The position numbers and the translations under genes are program-made. 64,000 nt of DNA from Candidatus Dojkabacteria bacterium (GTDB lineage Bacteria > Patescibacteriota > Dojkabacteria > SC72 > JAFGCJ01). Positions 54,811 to 64,000 of the stretch are shown here, in pieces. The notes below the pieces were generated by a model. The model ran no database searches, had not been told where the DNA came from, and worked only from the letters and a program-made list of their open reading frames with translations. The stretch lies in NCBI GenBank assembly GCA_016929645.1, contig JAFGIK010000003.1:6913-70912 (forward strand). Reading direction: 5' to 3'. Numbering within the stretch: position 1 is the stretch's first letter; every line of letters starts with the position of its first letter.

Positions 54811-55812
54811 ATGAAAATCATCCGGACAATTTGTCAGTTCAAGAAAGATTCTAAAGACCTTGAACTAGATCGAATTTCTCAGATTGAAATGAAATTACAG
54901 CAAATAGGTTTTACAATCCAAACTAAACGTGTTTGTCATGCTGGTAATTTCGGGGAATGTGAAAATCTTTCTGCTGATATCATGGTCAGTGTTGGTACCA
55001 AAAAACTTGAGTATGTAAAAACTAACATCAATGACTTCTTTAAAACACGGGATAACTTTAATATTGAACTTTCTTCAGAAAATATTGATATTACGCATGT
55101 GGAAATTTTATTTGAGATAATTAAAAATGCACCTCATAAAACTTTTAACTTTACTTATGTATTTAACAATACGCCTTCAAGTCCATATATGCCGTCAGCT
55201 CAATATGCTCGGGATGGATTTGCGATTGGTCTGCAGCCGACAGATCTTGCAAAAGAGGCAAGAAATCTGAACGAGTGGCTTGATATTTTAAAAAATACAT
55301 ATAACGAAATTAATGATGTGCTTTCAAATGATAACGATTACTTAGGAATTGATACATCAATTGCTCCACTTTTTGAAGGGGATTCATCACTTATTAATAT
55401 TGTTAACCGATTTTGCAAGGGTGGATTTGAAGCATCTGTTACGACTAATTTTTACACAAGGATTACAAATTTTATTAAAAATCAGAATGTTAAGACTATT
55501 GGACTTTGCGGCATTATGTTGCCATGCCTTGAGGATTTTGAGCTTGCAAAAGAATATGAAAAAGGCAATTTTAACATAGAGCGAAATATTTACTTATCAT
55601 TACACTCAGGTCTTGGTATTGATACATATCCAATTGGTGTAGATGAATCTCCTGATAGAGTTCTTGATATTTTGAAATTAATACAAGCGTTATCAAATAA
55701 ATATAAGAAATCATTATCTGTAAGATTTGTTTCAGACGGGGTGGCAAAAATTTCTGAAAAATCAAATTTCAAGAATCAATATCTATACGACGTAGTCATT
55801 AAAGGTCTTTAA
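54811..55812 (+). CDS. DUF711/UPF0210-like protein (short form)
   Basis: 'TIGLCGIMLPCLEDFE' and 'SLHSGLGIDTYPIGVDESPDRVLDIL' resemble the C-terminal blocks of UPF0210 proteins (GLSGAFIPVSED..., SVGLDMIAIPEDTPAETIA). Alignment done by eye. Confidence 0.4.
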   Translation: MKIIRTICQFKKDSKDLELDRISQIEMKLQQIGFTIQTKRVCHAGNFGECENLSADIMVSVGTKKLEYVKTNINDFFKTRDNFNIELSSENIDITHVEILFEIIKNAPHKTFNFTYVFNNTPSSPYMPSAQYARDGFAIGLQPTDLAKEARNLNEWLDILKNTYNEINDVLSNDNDYLGIDTSIAPLFEGDSSLINIVNRFCKGGFEASVTTNFYTRITNFIKNQNVKTIGLCGIMLPCLEDFELAKEYEKGNFNIERNIYLSLHSGLGIDTYPIGVDESPDRVLDILKLIQALSNKYKKSLSVRFVSDGVAKISEKSNFKNQYLYDVVIKGL

Positions 55813-55912
55813 TGTGAATATATGCTTGGAGAGGCGAGCGATAGAAGGGTCTTTTTAACCTTCCCACGAGTATTCAATCAGAATACTCGTGGGTGGAATA
55901 ACAGATTACGAA

Positions 55913-56953
55913 TTACTCTGCATTATCATATAAATTTTCAATCTCTTTGCTTGATTTCTCAAGATCTGTCAGTCGGTCAAGATAATCAATATATGTATTA
56001 TCAAGATACTCATAAAGACTATCAGATAAATCTTGCAACCCTGTGTCATAATTATCGTTAGCAGTGGATTCTTCTTCAACTATGGCATTATATGCATTTG
56101 CATCTTGATTCTGTAATGCTGTTTTCTCTCTCTCGTAAAAAGAAATCCAGGTATTTAAATGGTCAATATATTGTTGTACCCAATCAAGGTAAACTTGTTT
56201 GTGATCATCGGTCTGGGATGTCGAGTCGATATTCTCAACATCTGTTTTTAATGCTTCCATCTCTGCAAGTTCATCTTTTGTAGCTTGCATTTCAGTATCT
56301 ATTTCCTCTATGGTTGCTCGATCACTGTCATAATACTGTTCATATGTAGCAGCAATTTCATCGTATTTTGCATCAATAAGTAACATCTCACTGTAATATT
56401 TTGTATATTCCTTATAATCGCTAACTAGAGACTCTGCATCATCGTAATATGAGGTTAATGCCGAATCAAGTTCGTCAACTGAGCTTGGTGCCGAATCTGG
56501 AATATTATCCTTAGCATCTTTTATGTCACTAAGTAATGTGTCGGCATCTTTACTAATTCCGACTAAAATCTCGCTTTGTTCTGTGTATGATTCAGAAATT
56601 TCCTCATATTCAAATACATAGTCTAGCTCATTGTCAATTACGGTTGTTATGTCAGCATTTACTTGATCAAAATCATCCTTGGTTGCATCGATATACTCAC
56701 TTTCCGTTACTGATGTTCCAAAAGTTGAACTTCCCCCAGTTTGCGTGAGTAGGAGAAATCCTCCTGTAATACAACAACAAAGAAGAAGTAAAGCCCCAAC
56801 AACAACCAGAACAATTAATAATGTATTGTTCTTTTTCTGTGGTTGTGCTGAAGTTGTTGATGCTGTCTGAGTTGCTTGTGGTGAAGCAGTCTGACTTGTA
56901 CTTGAAGTTGGTACATTAATTGTACCTGAATTTTGATTTGGAGCAGATTCCAT
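55913..56953 (-). CDS. membrane-anchored acidic coiled-coil protein with S/T/Q-rich N-terminus
   Basis: Low-complexity 'TSSTSQTASPQATQTASTTSAQ', TM 'LLIVLVVVGALLLLCCCITGGFLLL', then a ~250-aa D/E-rich heptad-repeat region. Confidence 0.5.
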   Translation of the reverse strand: MESAPNQNSGTINVPTSSTSQTASPQATQTASTTSAQPQKKNNTLLIVLVVVGALLLLCCCITGGFLLLTQTGGSSTFGTSVTESEYIDATKDDFDQVNADITTVIDNELDYVFEYEEISESYTEQSEILVGISKDADTLLSDIKDAKDNIPDSAPSSVDELDSALTSYYDDAESLVSDYKEYTKYYSEMLLIDAKYDEIAATYEQYYDSDRATIEEIDTEMQATKDELAEMEALKTDVENIDSTSQTDDHKQVYLDWVQQYIDHLNTWISFYEREKTALQNQDANAYNAIVEEESTANDNYDTGLQDLSDSLYEYLDNTYIDYLDRLTDLEKSSKEIENLYDNAE

Positions 56954-57175
56954 TTCTTATTATATTAATTTTAAATATATTAAATTTTAATTAACTAAAA
57001 TCAGTATAAGGTATTAAATGAATTACGTCTATAATACTTATGTAGATGTAGGCTTTTTGTAATTTGAAAAACAAGATTGTCATAAATTTGTTTTCATATA
57101 GAGTTGTCTCCATATAATTAGTCATCTTGTTGTTTTTATGCTAATAATAGTTATATTAAAAAATTAAATTCACAT

Positions 57176-60100
57176 GTGATATTTATGGCGAACAATAAGC
57201 CTTTATTTAAAGGAAAAATGGGATTAACAAATAGATCAATTAACAGAAATTCTACTCACAAAAATAATAAAGTAGGAGATAAACCCAACTTTTTTGTAAA
57301 GAATTCAAAATTATTAGTAATTCTTGGGGTCATACTTGTCGTTATTTCTGTTGTTGCTGGAGGTATTTTCATTTTTTCCCGAATCAATAAAAATTTACAG
57401 TATTCTGGGAAAATTACCATTGATGATGCTGACGAGGCAAACGTCGATGCTCTTGCATCACAGATCGTTTACGGTTCTGTCGGAGCAGATAATGAATATT
57501 ATTCACCAAACCTTGACTTGGCCTTTACATATAATGGAAACGAATTTTTGGTTTCTGATTCTACTGACTATGTATTTTTGCATCCGGTGGGTTTTGGTAG
57601 TTTGAATTTTTATGCAAATCTTAAAATTATTGATAAAAGTGTTGTTGGTGATGATGTAAAACAATACTATCTATCAGATTTTCAACTAAGCTATCCTGAC
57701 GCAGAAGTTGTAGAAGACACAACGATTGGTAAATTAACCAAAATAGTTATTAAATACACACAGGCATCTTTCCTTGACGAAAATAATCCGACTAAAGTTG
57801 CATACCATACAATTCTTGTTAGTGACGCAAGTGATCAGTTAATTGTTATGGATATTCGTGAAGATGGAGCAAATGACTCAACAGAGAGTATTCTTGGTAA
57901 GTTTGTTGATATTATAAATTCTGTGAGACTACATCCAGAAGATATCGATGAAAATATAGTTGTTGCAAAACATAATGGTTCTGTTTCTTTTACGATGAAT
58001 CGCTCGAAGTGGGAGGTTTATTCACAAACAGATGAAAGAATATCTTTGCAATTTAGAAGTGATACTTATGAAGAAAAGGATACATATAAAAGTGCATATG
58101 CTGCATTTTCTCTTGACGTTTATCCTGTTTCTGGTGAAGTAACAGAGGATTATGCATCTCAGCGTGCGTCAAGTGATTTGGAAAGTACCCAAACGATCTA
58201 TGCTACTAATGGTTTCTCTTTGGTTTCGGAAGTTCAGTCAAAGAAAATTGGAGGTATAGATTTTTATTACTATCAATTTGAAAAAAACGCTTTTGGTACA
58301 ACTGATCAAAAAGAGACGAATATAAGATACTTTGGCTATGATTCATCATCAAAAATTCTTATGGAGATCAGAGCTACATTTCCTGGGTCAGATAGTGCTG
58401 CTTTTGCTGAGTGTGAGTCTATTCTTGAATCTATTTCAATTGACTCTTCAAAGACTGAGGATAGCTCATCTGGTGATCAGAGTGTTCTTGGTGCTTCTTC
58501 GATTCAAATTGATAAAGCTGCATTAATTGGGAAACCTGCCGTGGTCCATCTATTTAGTAGATCTTGCGTTGATGTACATGTCGATTCATCAGATGCACTT
58601 TATTATTCATCTGGGAATACCTATACCGTATGTAGTGCCGGACTTGGTTCTGGATTTTACGTAAATTCAGACGGTACGATTGCTACAAATGCACATGTGG
58701 CTGCACCAAATCCTGTTGATACTGCTATTGATGGTACTTTGTACGGCTATGATCCGGATGAGCTTTTTTACGATCTTGGAGTAGATGCTCTTACGATCCT
58801 GGAAAAAGATTCTCCAGGCTTGGTTAAGAACGCAAGTAATGATGAACTCTCGATACTTCTTGAAAGCGCAATTCAAATCCTTATAACAGATGGAGTTCAA
58901 AATGGATATATTCAAGTAAGTAATCAGACATATGAAACATATGTACAGACAGATACACCTTTTGATATCAATATGGATGATTTAAGCTTGAATAATACAG
59001 AAGATCATTATTCTACTGAGCTTGTTGGCAATAAAGAGATTGATTCTTTTTATGAGCTTGCTGTGAATTTATCAACAGGCGAGGAAGATGGTATATCCGT
59101 TCCCGATTTAGCTGTATTGAAAGTCACTGATCAGGAAAGTAATAACTTTGTTGCTGTTGAGTTGGCTAGTTCAGATGAAATTACTACAGGAATTGATATT
59201 TATGTAGTAGGATTTCCAGGCTCAGCGGAAGAAGATGTAATATTTTCTGATGCTGCCTCAATTATTCCTACCGTTACCACTGGTACAATAAGTGCAGTAA
59301 AGCCAAATTACGATAATAAATTCGATTTGGTGCAAATGGATGCTTCGATTTCTCACGGAAATAGTGGTGGTCCAATATTTAATAGTGAAGGAAAAGTTGT
59401 TGGTATAAGCACTTATGGTTTGAATGAAGCAGAATCTGCAGATTTTAATGCTGGTGTTTCTGCCGTTGAACTCTCATCTTTTCTTGGTGAGCTTGGCATA
59501 AACAACGAAGTTGGTGAGGTTTCAACATTAATTGCAGAAGGAGCGGATGATTATTCAAGTAAGTATTACATTTGGGCTGTGGAGAAATTCGAGAAAGCAA
59601 AAGAACTGAATCCTGATGTGGCAGGAGTTTTGGATCCATTAATCAATATTGCAAATGATAAGATTGATGCTGGGGAGGATGATACACCAGTCTTTGTATT
59701 ATTCGATATACCTGTACATAAAAATGAAGCAGTTATTGTTGGTATAGTAGTGGGTGCGCTAGTCCTTGGTATTGTATTAATTATTCTTGTCTCTATTGTT
59801 AGCTGGGCTGTAAGAAATGGTCGGAACAAAAGAGCTCTCAAAATGGATCAACCGCAAATTCCGTCATCGGCACAACAGATTCCTGTATCTGCCCCGTCTT
59901 TACCTGAAGTCGATAGTAATCCTGTAGCTCCAGTACCTGGTGTATCAAGTGCCAATCCAGAAGAATCAGTTGAACAGAAAAATGTTCAAACAAATCAAGT
60001 CTCAAGTCAACCTGTTATGCCTATTCAACCACAACAAGATGTGTCTGGTGTTTCTGATAATTCTGCGGAAATGCAAAGTCCGACTAGTCCAATGAGTCAA

Positions 60101-60694
60101 GTAGATACAACGAGTGCCTCGATTCCTGCTGATTCTGTGTTACCTGAAAATGATACTCAAGTAATGGCTTCTGGGTCTTTTCAAGAAATGAACCCTCAAC
60201 AATCTGTTGTTCCTACTCAAGAAGTTGTATCGGAAACTCCTTTATCTCCTGTTTCCGAAGTTACCGTTCCTTTATCTGATAAAGATTCTACATTTGTTGA
60301 GCCTGTTGCATCTGCTGACCAGCAAGTTGGGTCCGATGAAAATGTTGTGCAAAATATAGCTGAGAATTCAGCTTTAAATCAAGATTCAAATTTGAATGTT
60401 CCTCCTGATCTGAATATGCCTCAGGAATCTGATTATCAGACTACTCCACCTGAAAGTGGGTTAGATCAATTGCAAAATCAAGAGCAAGCGCAAGTAGAAA
60501 ATTCAGCTCAATCATTGGGAGGAACTGTCTCTCAGTCACTAGATCAGCCTGTAAATCAAGTTGATAGTTCACCGATGGAGCCTTCTATGGGTCAGCCGAC
60601 AATGCCGTCTAATTCCGTTAATCCTGTGAACCCTTCATCAGGTGTTATTTCAGGAGGTGACGTTCCTGTTGATTCTGGAACCAATCCTGTATAG
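57176..60694 (+). CDS. giant two-TM trypsin-fold (S1/HtrA-like) serine protease with P/Q/S-rich C-terminal tail
   Basis: TM1 'LLVILGVILVVISVVAGGIFIF'. Protease His 'GSGFYVNSDGTIATNAHV' and Ser 'GNSGGPIFNSEGKVVGISTYG'. TM2 'AVIVGIVVGALVLGIVLIILVSIV' then 'RNGRNKR'. ~290-aa low-complexity P/Q/S/V tail. Confidence 0.8.
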   Translation: MIFMANNKPLFKGKMGLTNRSINRNSTHKNNKVGDKPNFFVKNSKLLVILGVILVVISVVAGGIFIFSRINKNLQYSGKITIDDADEANVDALASQIVYGSVGADNEYYSPNLDLAFTYNGNEFLVSDSTDYVFLHPVGFGSLNFYANLKIIDKSVVGDDVKQYYLSDFQLSYPDAEVVEDTTIGKLTKIVIKYTQASFLDENNPTKVAYHTILVSDASDQLIVMDIREDGANDSTESILGKFVDIINSVRLHPEDIDENIVVAKHNGSVSFTMNRSKWEVYSQTDERISLQFRSDTYEEKDTYKSAYAAFSLDVYPVSGEVTEDYASQRASSDLESTQTIYATNGFSLVSEVQSKKIGGIDFYYYQFEKNAFGTTDQKETNIRYFGYDSSSKILMEIRATFPGSDSAAFAECESILESISIDSSKTEDSSSGDQSVLGASSIQIDKAALIGKPAVVHLFSRSCVDVHVDSSDALYYSSGNTYTVCSAGLGSGFYVNSDGTIATNAHVAAPNPVDTAIDGTLYGYDPDELFYDLGVDALTILEKDSPGLVKNASNDELSILLESAIQILITDGVQNGYIQVSNQTYETYVQTDTPFDINMDDLSLNNTEDHYSTELVGNKEIDSFYELAVNLSTGEEDGISVPDLAVLKVTDQESNNFVAVELASSDEITTGIDIYVVGFPGSAEEDVIFSDAASIIPTVTTGTISAVKPNYDNKFDLVQMDASISHGNSGGPIFNSEGKVVGISTYGLNEAESADFNAGVSAVELSSFLGELGINNEVGEVSTLIAEGADDYSSKYYIWAVEKFEKAKELNPDVAGVLDPLINIANDKIDAGEDDTPVFVLFDIPVHKNEAVIVGIVVGALVLGIVLIILVSIVSWAVRNGRNKRALKMDQPQIPSSAQQIPVSAPSLPEVDSNPVAPVPGVSSANPEESVEQKNVQTNQVSSQPVMPIQPQQDVSGVSDNSAEMQSPTSPMSQVDTTSASIPADSVLPENDTQVMASGSFQEMNPQQSVVPTQEVVSETPLSPVSEVTVPLSDKDSTFVEPVASADQQVGSDENVVQNIAENSALNQDSNLNVPPDLNMPQESDYQTTPPESGLDQLQNQEQAQVENSAQSLGGTVSQSLDQPVNQVDSSPMEPSMGQPTMPSNSVNPVNPSSGVISGGDVPVDSGTNPV

Positions 60695-60730
60695 CCAGTA
60701 TAGGATTATTGAGGTGTGAAATATGTTGTG

Positions 60731-60767
60731 GCGTGGAGGTCGGGGGATTTTCCCCCGACCTCCACGC
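60731..60767 (+). terminator. intrinsic terminator, 16-bp very GC-rich hairpin
   Basis: 'gcgtggaggtcggggg-atttt-cccccgacctccacgc', 36 nt after the protease stop; stands out against AT-rich flanks. Confidence 0.7.
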
Positions 60768-60839
60768 TCAAGGCCTTGTTGCAACAAACCCTCTCTGATA
60801 AACTGGAATTGTTAGTAAATAAACTGCTCCGACGCAATT

Positions 60840-62105
60840 ATGGAATTTACTGTCTTGTTTAACTTTTTGATTGCTACCGCCATTGGTGGTTTAGTTGGGT
60901 TGGAGAGAGAAATTAACCAGAAACGAACAGGACGTAGCTTTGCTGGAATAAGGACATATATTCTAGTAGCTTTTCTTGGTGCTGTAATATCATATCTTTC
61001 CTTTGATATTGCCTGGTATCTTATTCTTGCCGGACTTTTCGTACTAATTGCTGTGACTTATTATACGTCATCATTTAAGGGGTTTAAGGGTGTTACAACT
61101 GAACTTAGTCTTGTTGCTGTTTACATAATATCCTCGATGGCAATGTATAACCAATATCAGAAATTGGCAATTATTTTTGGTGTACTTCTTGCAATATTGC
61201 TTTCTACGAAAAAGCTTCTTCATGGTTTTGCACAAAGAACTAAACCCCAGATCTGGTATGATGCACTTGTTTTTATTTTTATGATATTTGTTGTTTTGCC
61301 GTTAATTCCTAATAAAGAGTATTCATTTCTTGGAATTCAGAATTGTTTTAATCCATATCAAACGTGGATAATGGTAATTCTTGTTTCTGGTATAAGTTTT
61401 GTTGGTTACTTCTTAAGCAAAGTTGTAGGAACCTCTTATGGCATAGGTCTTTCTGGAGTACTTGGTGGTTTGGTATCAAGTACGGCTGTAACAGAATCGA
61501 TGGCTCATGACAGTAAAGATAATCCGAAGTTATTGAATGCCTATATATTTGCATCAATATCCGCAAATGTTGTTCTTGGATTAAGGGTAATTCTTGAATC
61601 CTGGATTGTGGATTCCTCACTTTTAACTATTGGAATTATTCCGATTTTGGTTATGACCGCAGTTGGCTTAATTATAATGATACGATGGAGCATTGTTGGA
61701 AAACAAAATGGAAGTTCAAACTTAGAGCTCAACAGTCCGCTATCTTTGAAACCAGCGCTTATATTTGGCTTAATATATTCTTTTGTAGTTTTTTTAACAA
61801 AGTTTATGCTTAGTTTGGGGTTCAGTTCATCAGGGTTTATTGCTGTAGCGTTTTTTGCTGGCTCTGTAAATCTTGATGCAATAACTTTGTCTATGGCATC
61901 CCTGTATGCTAATGGTGATATGAGTGCTTCAGTTGTTTGGTTTTCTATTATTGCTGCTATTTTCAGCAATACTCTATTTAAGATAGTACTTTCGAGGATA
62001 TTTGGTTCAAAAGATTTCTTTTGGAAATATACAATATCGATGTTGATAATAATCCTAGTCGGGATGATTTCACTTGGTTTATCTCTTTTCTTTGCATTTG
62101 TTTGA
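60840..62105 (+). CDS. MgtC/SapB-family membrane protein with DUF4010-like C-terminal TM domain
   Basis: 'IGGLVGLEREINQKRTGRSFAGIRTYILVAFLGA' is the MgtC-family signature; about 10 TMs. Confidence 0.75.
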   Translation: MEFTVLFNFLIATAIGGLVGLEREINQKRTGRSFAGIRTYILVAFLGAVISYLSFDIAWYLILAGLFVLIAVTYYTSSFKGFKGVTTELSLVAVYIISSMAMYNQYQKLAIIFGVLLAILLSTKKLLHGFAQRTKPQIWYDALVFIFMIFVVLPLIPNKEYSFLGIQNCFNPYQTWIMVILVSGISFVGYFLSKVVGTSYGIGLSGVLGGLVSSTAVTESMAHDSKDNPKLLNAYIFASISANVVLGLRVILESWIVDSSLLTIGIIPILVMTAVGLIIMIRWSIVGKQNGSSNLELNSPLSLKPALIFGLIYSFVVFLTKFMLSLGFSSSGFIAVAFFAGSVNLDAITLSMASLYANGDMSASVVWFSIIAAIFSNTLFKIVLSRIFGSKDFFWKYTISMLIIILVGMISLGLSLFFAFV

Positions 62106-62132
62106 TATCTTTCCTGAAGTTCTCGATTTTAA

Positions 62133-63239
62133 TTAAATATTGAATTTTCCATTAACAAGAACCTTTTTCCCATCAACCTCAACGAAGCTTCCTTTTCTTC
62201 TAGTATCTTTTACGATGTCCCAGTGGATAGCAGATTGATTTTTCCCCCATCCTTTTTCATCATCATATGACATGCCTAGAGCAAGATGAATTGTTCCTCC
62301 TATTTTTTCATCAAATAGAGTTTCTTTCATGTGTTCTGTGATTCCATAATTCGTTCCGAATGAAAATTCGCCGAGTCTTAATGCTCCTTCATCTGTACCT
62401 AGTATTGAGTCCAAATCCTCCTGGTTGCTATTACATTCATATTTAATGACTTTGCCATCCTTGAATTCAAGATATATTCCATATACTTCCTTGCCAGAAT
62501 AAACGCCAGGAAATTCAAAATATATGTGACCTTGGGTTTTATTTTCAACTGGACCAGTAAAAACTTCTCCGTCCGGGATATTTCTTTCTCCAAAACACTT
62601 TTTGGCTGTGCGTCCCTTTATTGATAGAGTTAGATCTGTTTTCTCCCCAACAATATGTACTTCATTTCCATTGTCAATTATTTTTTCTAACTTGCTTTGT
62701 TCTTTTTCCATTTTGTCATAGTCTACAAGTACTGATTTAAAATAAAAATCCAACATTTCCTCGTATGATTTATTAGCGTTTTGAGCCATTGCATTTGTAG
62801 GATAGTAGGTAAGTACCCAATCTTTTTTAATTACTTGGTCAAACCATGGCTTGATGACTTTTGATTTAGCTTGAATTTTACCTGAGTCAATGCGGGATAA
62901 ATGTTTGTAATTATCCATTGTTGTGATACGAATAAATTTGTCACCCCAGTCAGCTATCTGTTTGTAGATTACGGGTGGGTTTTCGATCTGTCTTTTATTA
63001 GCATTTTTGTAAAATGTATTAACAAGATCTCCGAAAGAAGATCGATCTAGAATGAAATTAAACCCCATGATATCTAGGTAAACATCAGCATCTTTTTGAA
63101 GCAGATAGGAGTATATTTCTCGTATTAAATCTATTGGAAGTAGATCTGAGGTGCTTATTACGACCCTGTCTTTTTTCTTAACTTTAATTGAGTGGTCAAC
63201 AAATATTTGAGCAAGTTTTTTATTTCTCTGATCATTCAT
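62133..63239 (-). CDS. M29-family aminopeptidase (AmpS/PepS-like)
   Basis: 'LRLGEFSFGTNYGITEHM', 'IGGTIHLALGMSYD' and overall size (368 aa) fit thermophilic-type M29 aminopeptidases. Confidence 0.7.
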   Translation of the reverse strand: MNDQRNKKLAQIFVDHSIKVKKKDRVVISTSDLLPIDLIREIYSYLLQKDADVYLDIMGFNFILDRSSFGDLVNTFYKNANKRQIENPPVIYKQIADWGDKFIRITTMDNYKHLSRIDSGKIQAKSKVIKPWFDQVIKKDWVLTYYPTNAMAQNANKSYEEMLDFYFKSVLVDYDKMEKEQSKLEKIIDNGNEVHIVGEKTDLTLSIKGRTAKKCFGERNIPDGEVFTGPVENKTQGHIYFEFPGVYSGKEVYGIYLEFKDGKVIKYECNSNQEDLDSILGTDEGALRLGEFSFGTNYGITEHMKETLFDEKIGGTIHLALGMSYDDEKGWGKNQSAIHWDIVKDTRRKGSFVEVDGKKVLVNGKFNI

Positions 63240-63556
63240 ATTGGATGCTATTAAAATTTAATGAATGTATTTAATATATTATAACTTTTAAAGATCAATT
63301 TCGAGCTTTATCTCTGTATTTATTTACTTTTGTTAATTTATCATTATGTTCGCTAATCAGAGCTTACTAAGTTTCTTTTCAAATTATACTTTGTAAAGCC
63401 CTTAATATTTTCTTATGTACTCGTGTAATATTTGTTATTCCTGTATTAAACTTTAACTCAAATCTCATCTGGGTTATATTGAATATAGTATTTTTTATTT
63501 GACTGTCTATCACCAGTTTTGGTGAACCTCTATATAATTTTATATACATAATATAA

Positions 63557-64000
63557 ATGTTGAGTTTTCAAAACATAAAAAGAAAACTTGTAATTGCAGC
63601 TATATCAATTGTTGCTTCTTTTGCAACTTTGTACGCTGTTTCTGGGGTTAGCCCTGTACAAGCTGCTGTTGCAGGTGAGGTAAAGGAGTATGTTGGCGTT
63701 TTGGAAGTTAATTCAAATGCTGCATATACCCATAAAGTTGGCAATATTGATCTTATATTGAACAGCTCTTATGATAAATATTTGGGCCAATCCGTAAAGG
63801 TCGATGTTCAATATTATAATTCTGTAGAATTTACAGTTTTATCAGTTACACCTGTTTATGACTATACATATTTACCTTCCTATTATTATAACTATGGTAG
63901 AGTTCGAAAATACCAAGGTGTTTTAGAGAAGAATGATGACGAGAGTTATACTCATAAAGTAGATGGATTGGATTTGATATTGAATGATTCCGTTGCTGAT
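63557..64000 (+). CDS. secreted repeat protein (5' partial; runs off the window end)
   Basis: Signal peptide 'MLSFQNIKRKLVIAAISIVASFATLYAVSGVSPVQAAVA', then an internal ~95-aa repeat marked by 'YTHKVGNIDLILNSS' / 'YTHKVDGLDLILNDS'. Open to the window edge. Confidence 0.6.
   Translation, partial: MLSFQNIKRKLVIAAISIVASFATLYAVSGVSPVQAAVAGEVKEYVGVLEVNSNAAYTHKVGNIDLILNSSYDKYLGQSVKVDVQYYNSVEFTVLSVTPVYDYTYLPSYYYNYGRVRKYQGVLEKNDDESYTHKVDGLDLILNDSVAD

Noticed and set aside
1-64000. Possibility of an alternative genetic code (UGA or UAG recoding, as in some AT-rich candidate phyla)
   Set aside because: Multiple very long ORFs (SecA 1002 aa, 1055-aa, 1136-aa and 1172-aa proteins) are intact and end where expected under the standard code, and gene boundaries abut neatly. 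There is no sign of in-frame stops being read through.
1-64000. Search for a reverse transcriptase, retron or DGR, integrase or transposase that could explain the tRNA-linked repeats
   Set aside because: No ORF in any frame shows RT (YxDD), tyrosine-recombinase (R..H..R..Y) or DDE transposase motifs in this window; any mobilising enzyme would have to be encoded elsewhere.

Overview
Low-GC (by eye about one third GC), gene-dense bacterial chromosomal segment read in the standard genetic code. Long intact ORFs such as a 1002-aa SecA argue against stop-codon recoding. The gene content resembles a small-genome, surface-attached, monoderm-like organism of the CPR/Patescibacteria type; this attribution is inference from content, not a database result.

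Contents, in order:
(1) 1-16.6 kb: a cell-envelope glycosylation island with GT2, GT4 and DUF616-like glycosyltransferases, three SAM/FkbM methyltransferases, polytopic membrane proteins, a short nucleotide-sugar dehydrogenase and DgkA. It is interrupted by a large secreted subtilisin (S8) with a C-terminal array of Asp-box-like propeller repeats encoded by near-identical 144-nt tandem DNA repeats.
(2) 17-22 kb: two hypothetical membrane proteins and a 1055-aa secreted M23 (LytM) peptidase with FN3-like modules.
(3) secA with an extended -10 promoter and probably leaderless start, then a small zinc-ribbon acidic protein.
(4) tRNA-Val(CAC) followed by a long hairpin, a ~115-nt conserved element and a 22-nt direct repeat of the tRNA 3' end. 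The same architecture recurs 27.7 kb downstream at tRNA-Lys(CTT), with recognisably homologous inner sequence. This looks like a previously undescribed tRNA-targeting mini-element or tRNA-linked structured-RNA family and is the most unusual signal in the window.
(5) ZIP metal transporter, methyltransferase, GalU.
(6) 28.9-40.3 kb: a type IV pilus/competence-pilus-like operon: REC-only response regulator, PilB, PilC with a C-terminal SH3b fusion, major pilin, a 973-aa pilin-headed LVIVD beta-propeller protein, two more pseudopilins and a 1136-aa orphan sensor histidine kinase.
(7) RNHCP-like zinc-finger protein, L,D-transpeptidase, an unannotated 57-aa ORF, a PspC plus DUF4097/LiaF-like envelope-stress pair, and a membrane-anchored C39-like peptidase.
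(8) An SDR plus a four-subunit 2-oxoacid:ferredoxin oxidoreductase operon in alpha-beta-gamma-delta order.
(9) A second glycosylation module (two GT4 genes plus an initiating sugar-phosphate transferase), then RecO.
(10) tRNA-Lys locus, transglutaminase-like protein, DUF711-like protein, a coiled-coil membrane protein divergent from an 1172-aa two-TM S1/HtrA-like protease with a P/Q-rich tail, MgtC-family protein, M29 aminopeptidase and a partial secreted repeat protein.

Several perfect GC-rich hairpins act as intrinsic terminators. No CRISPR array, reverse transcriptase, integrase or transposase gene was found.
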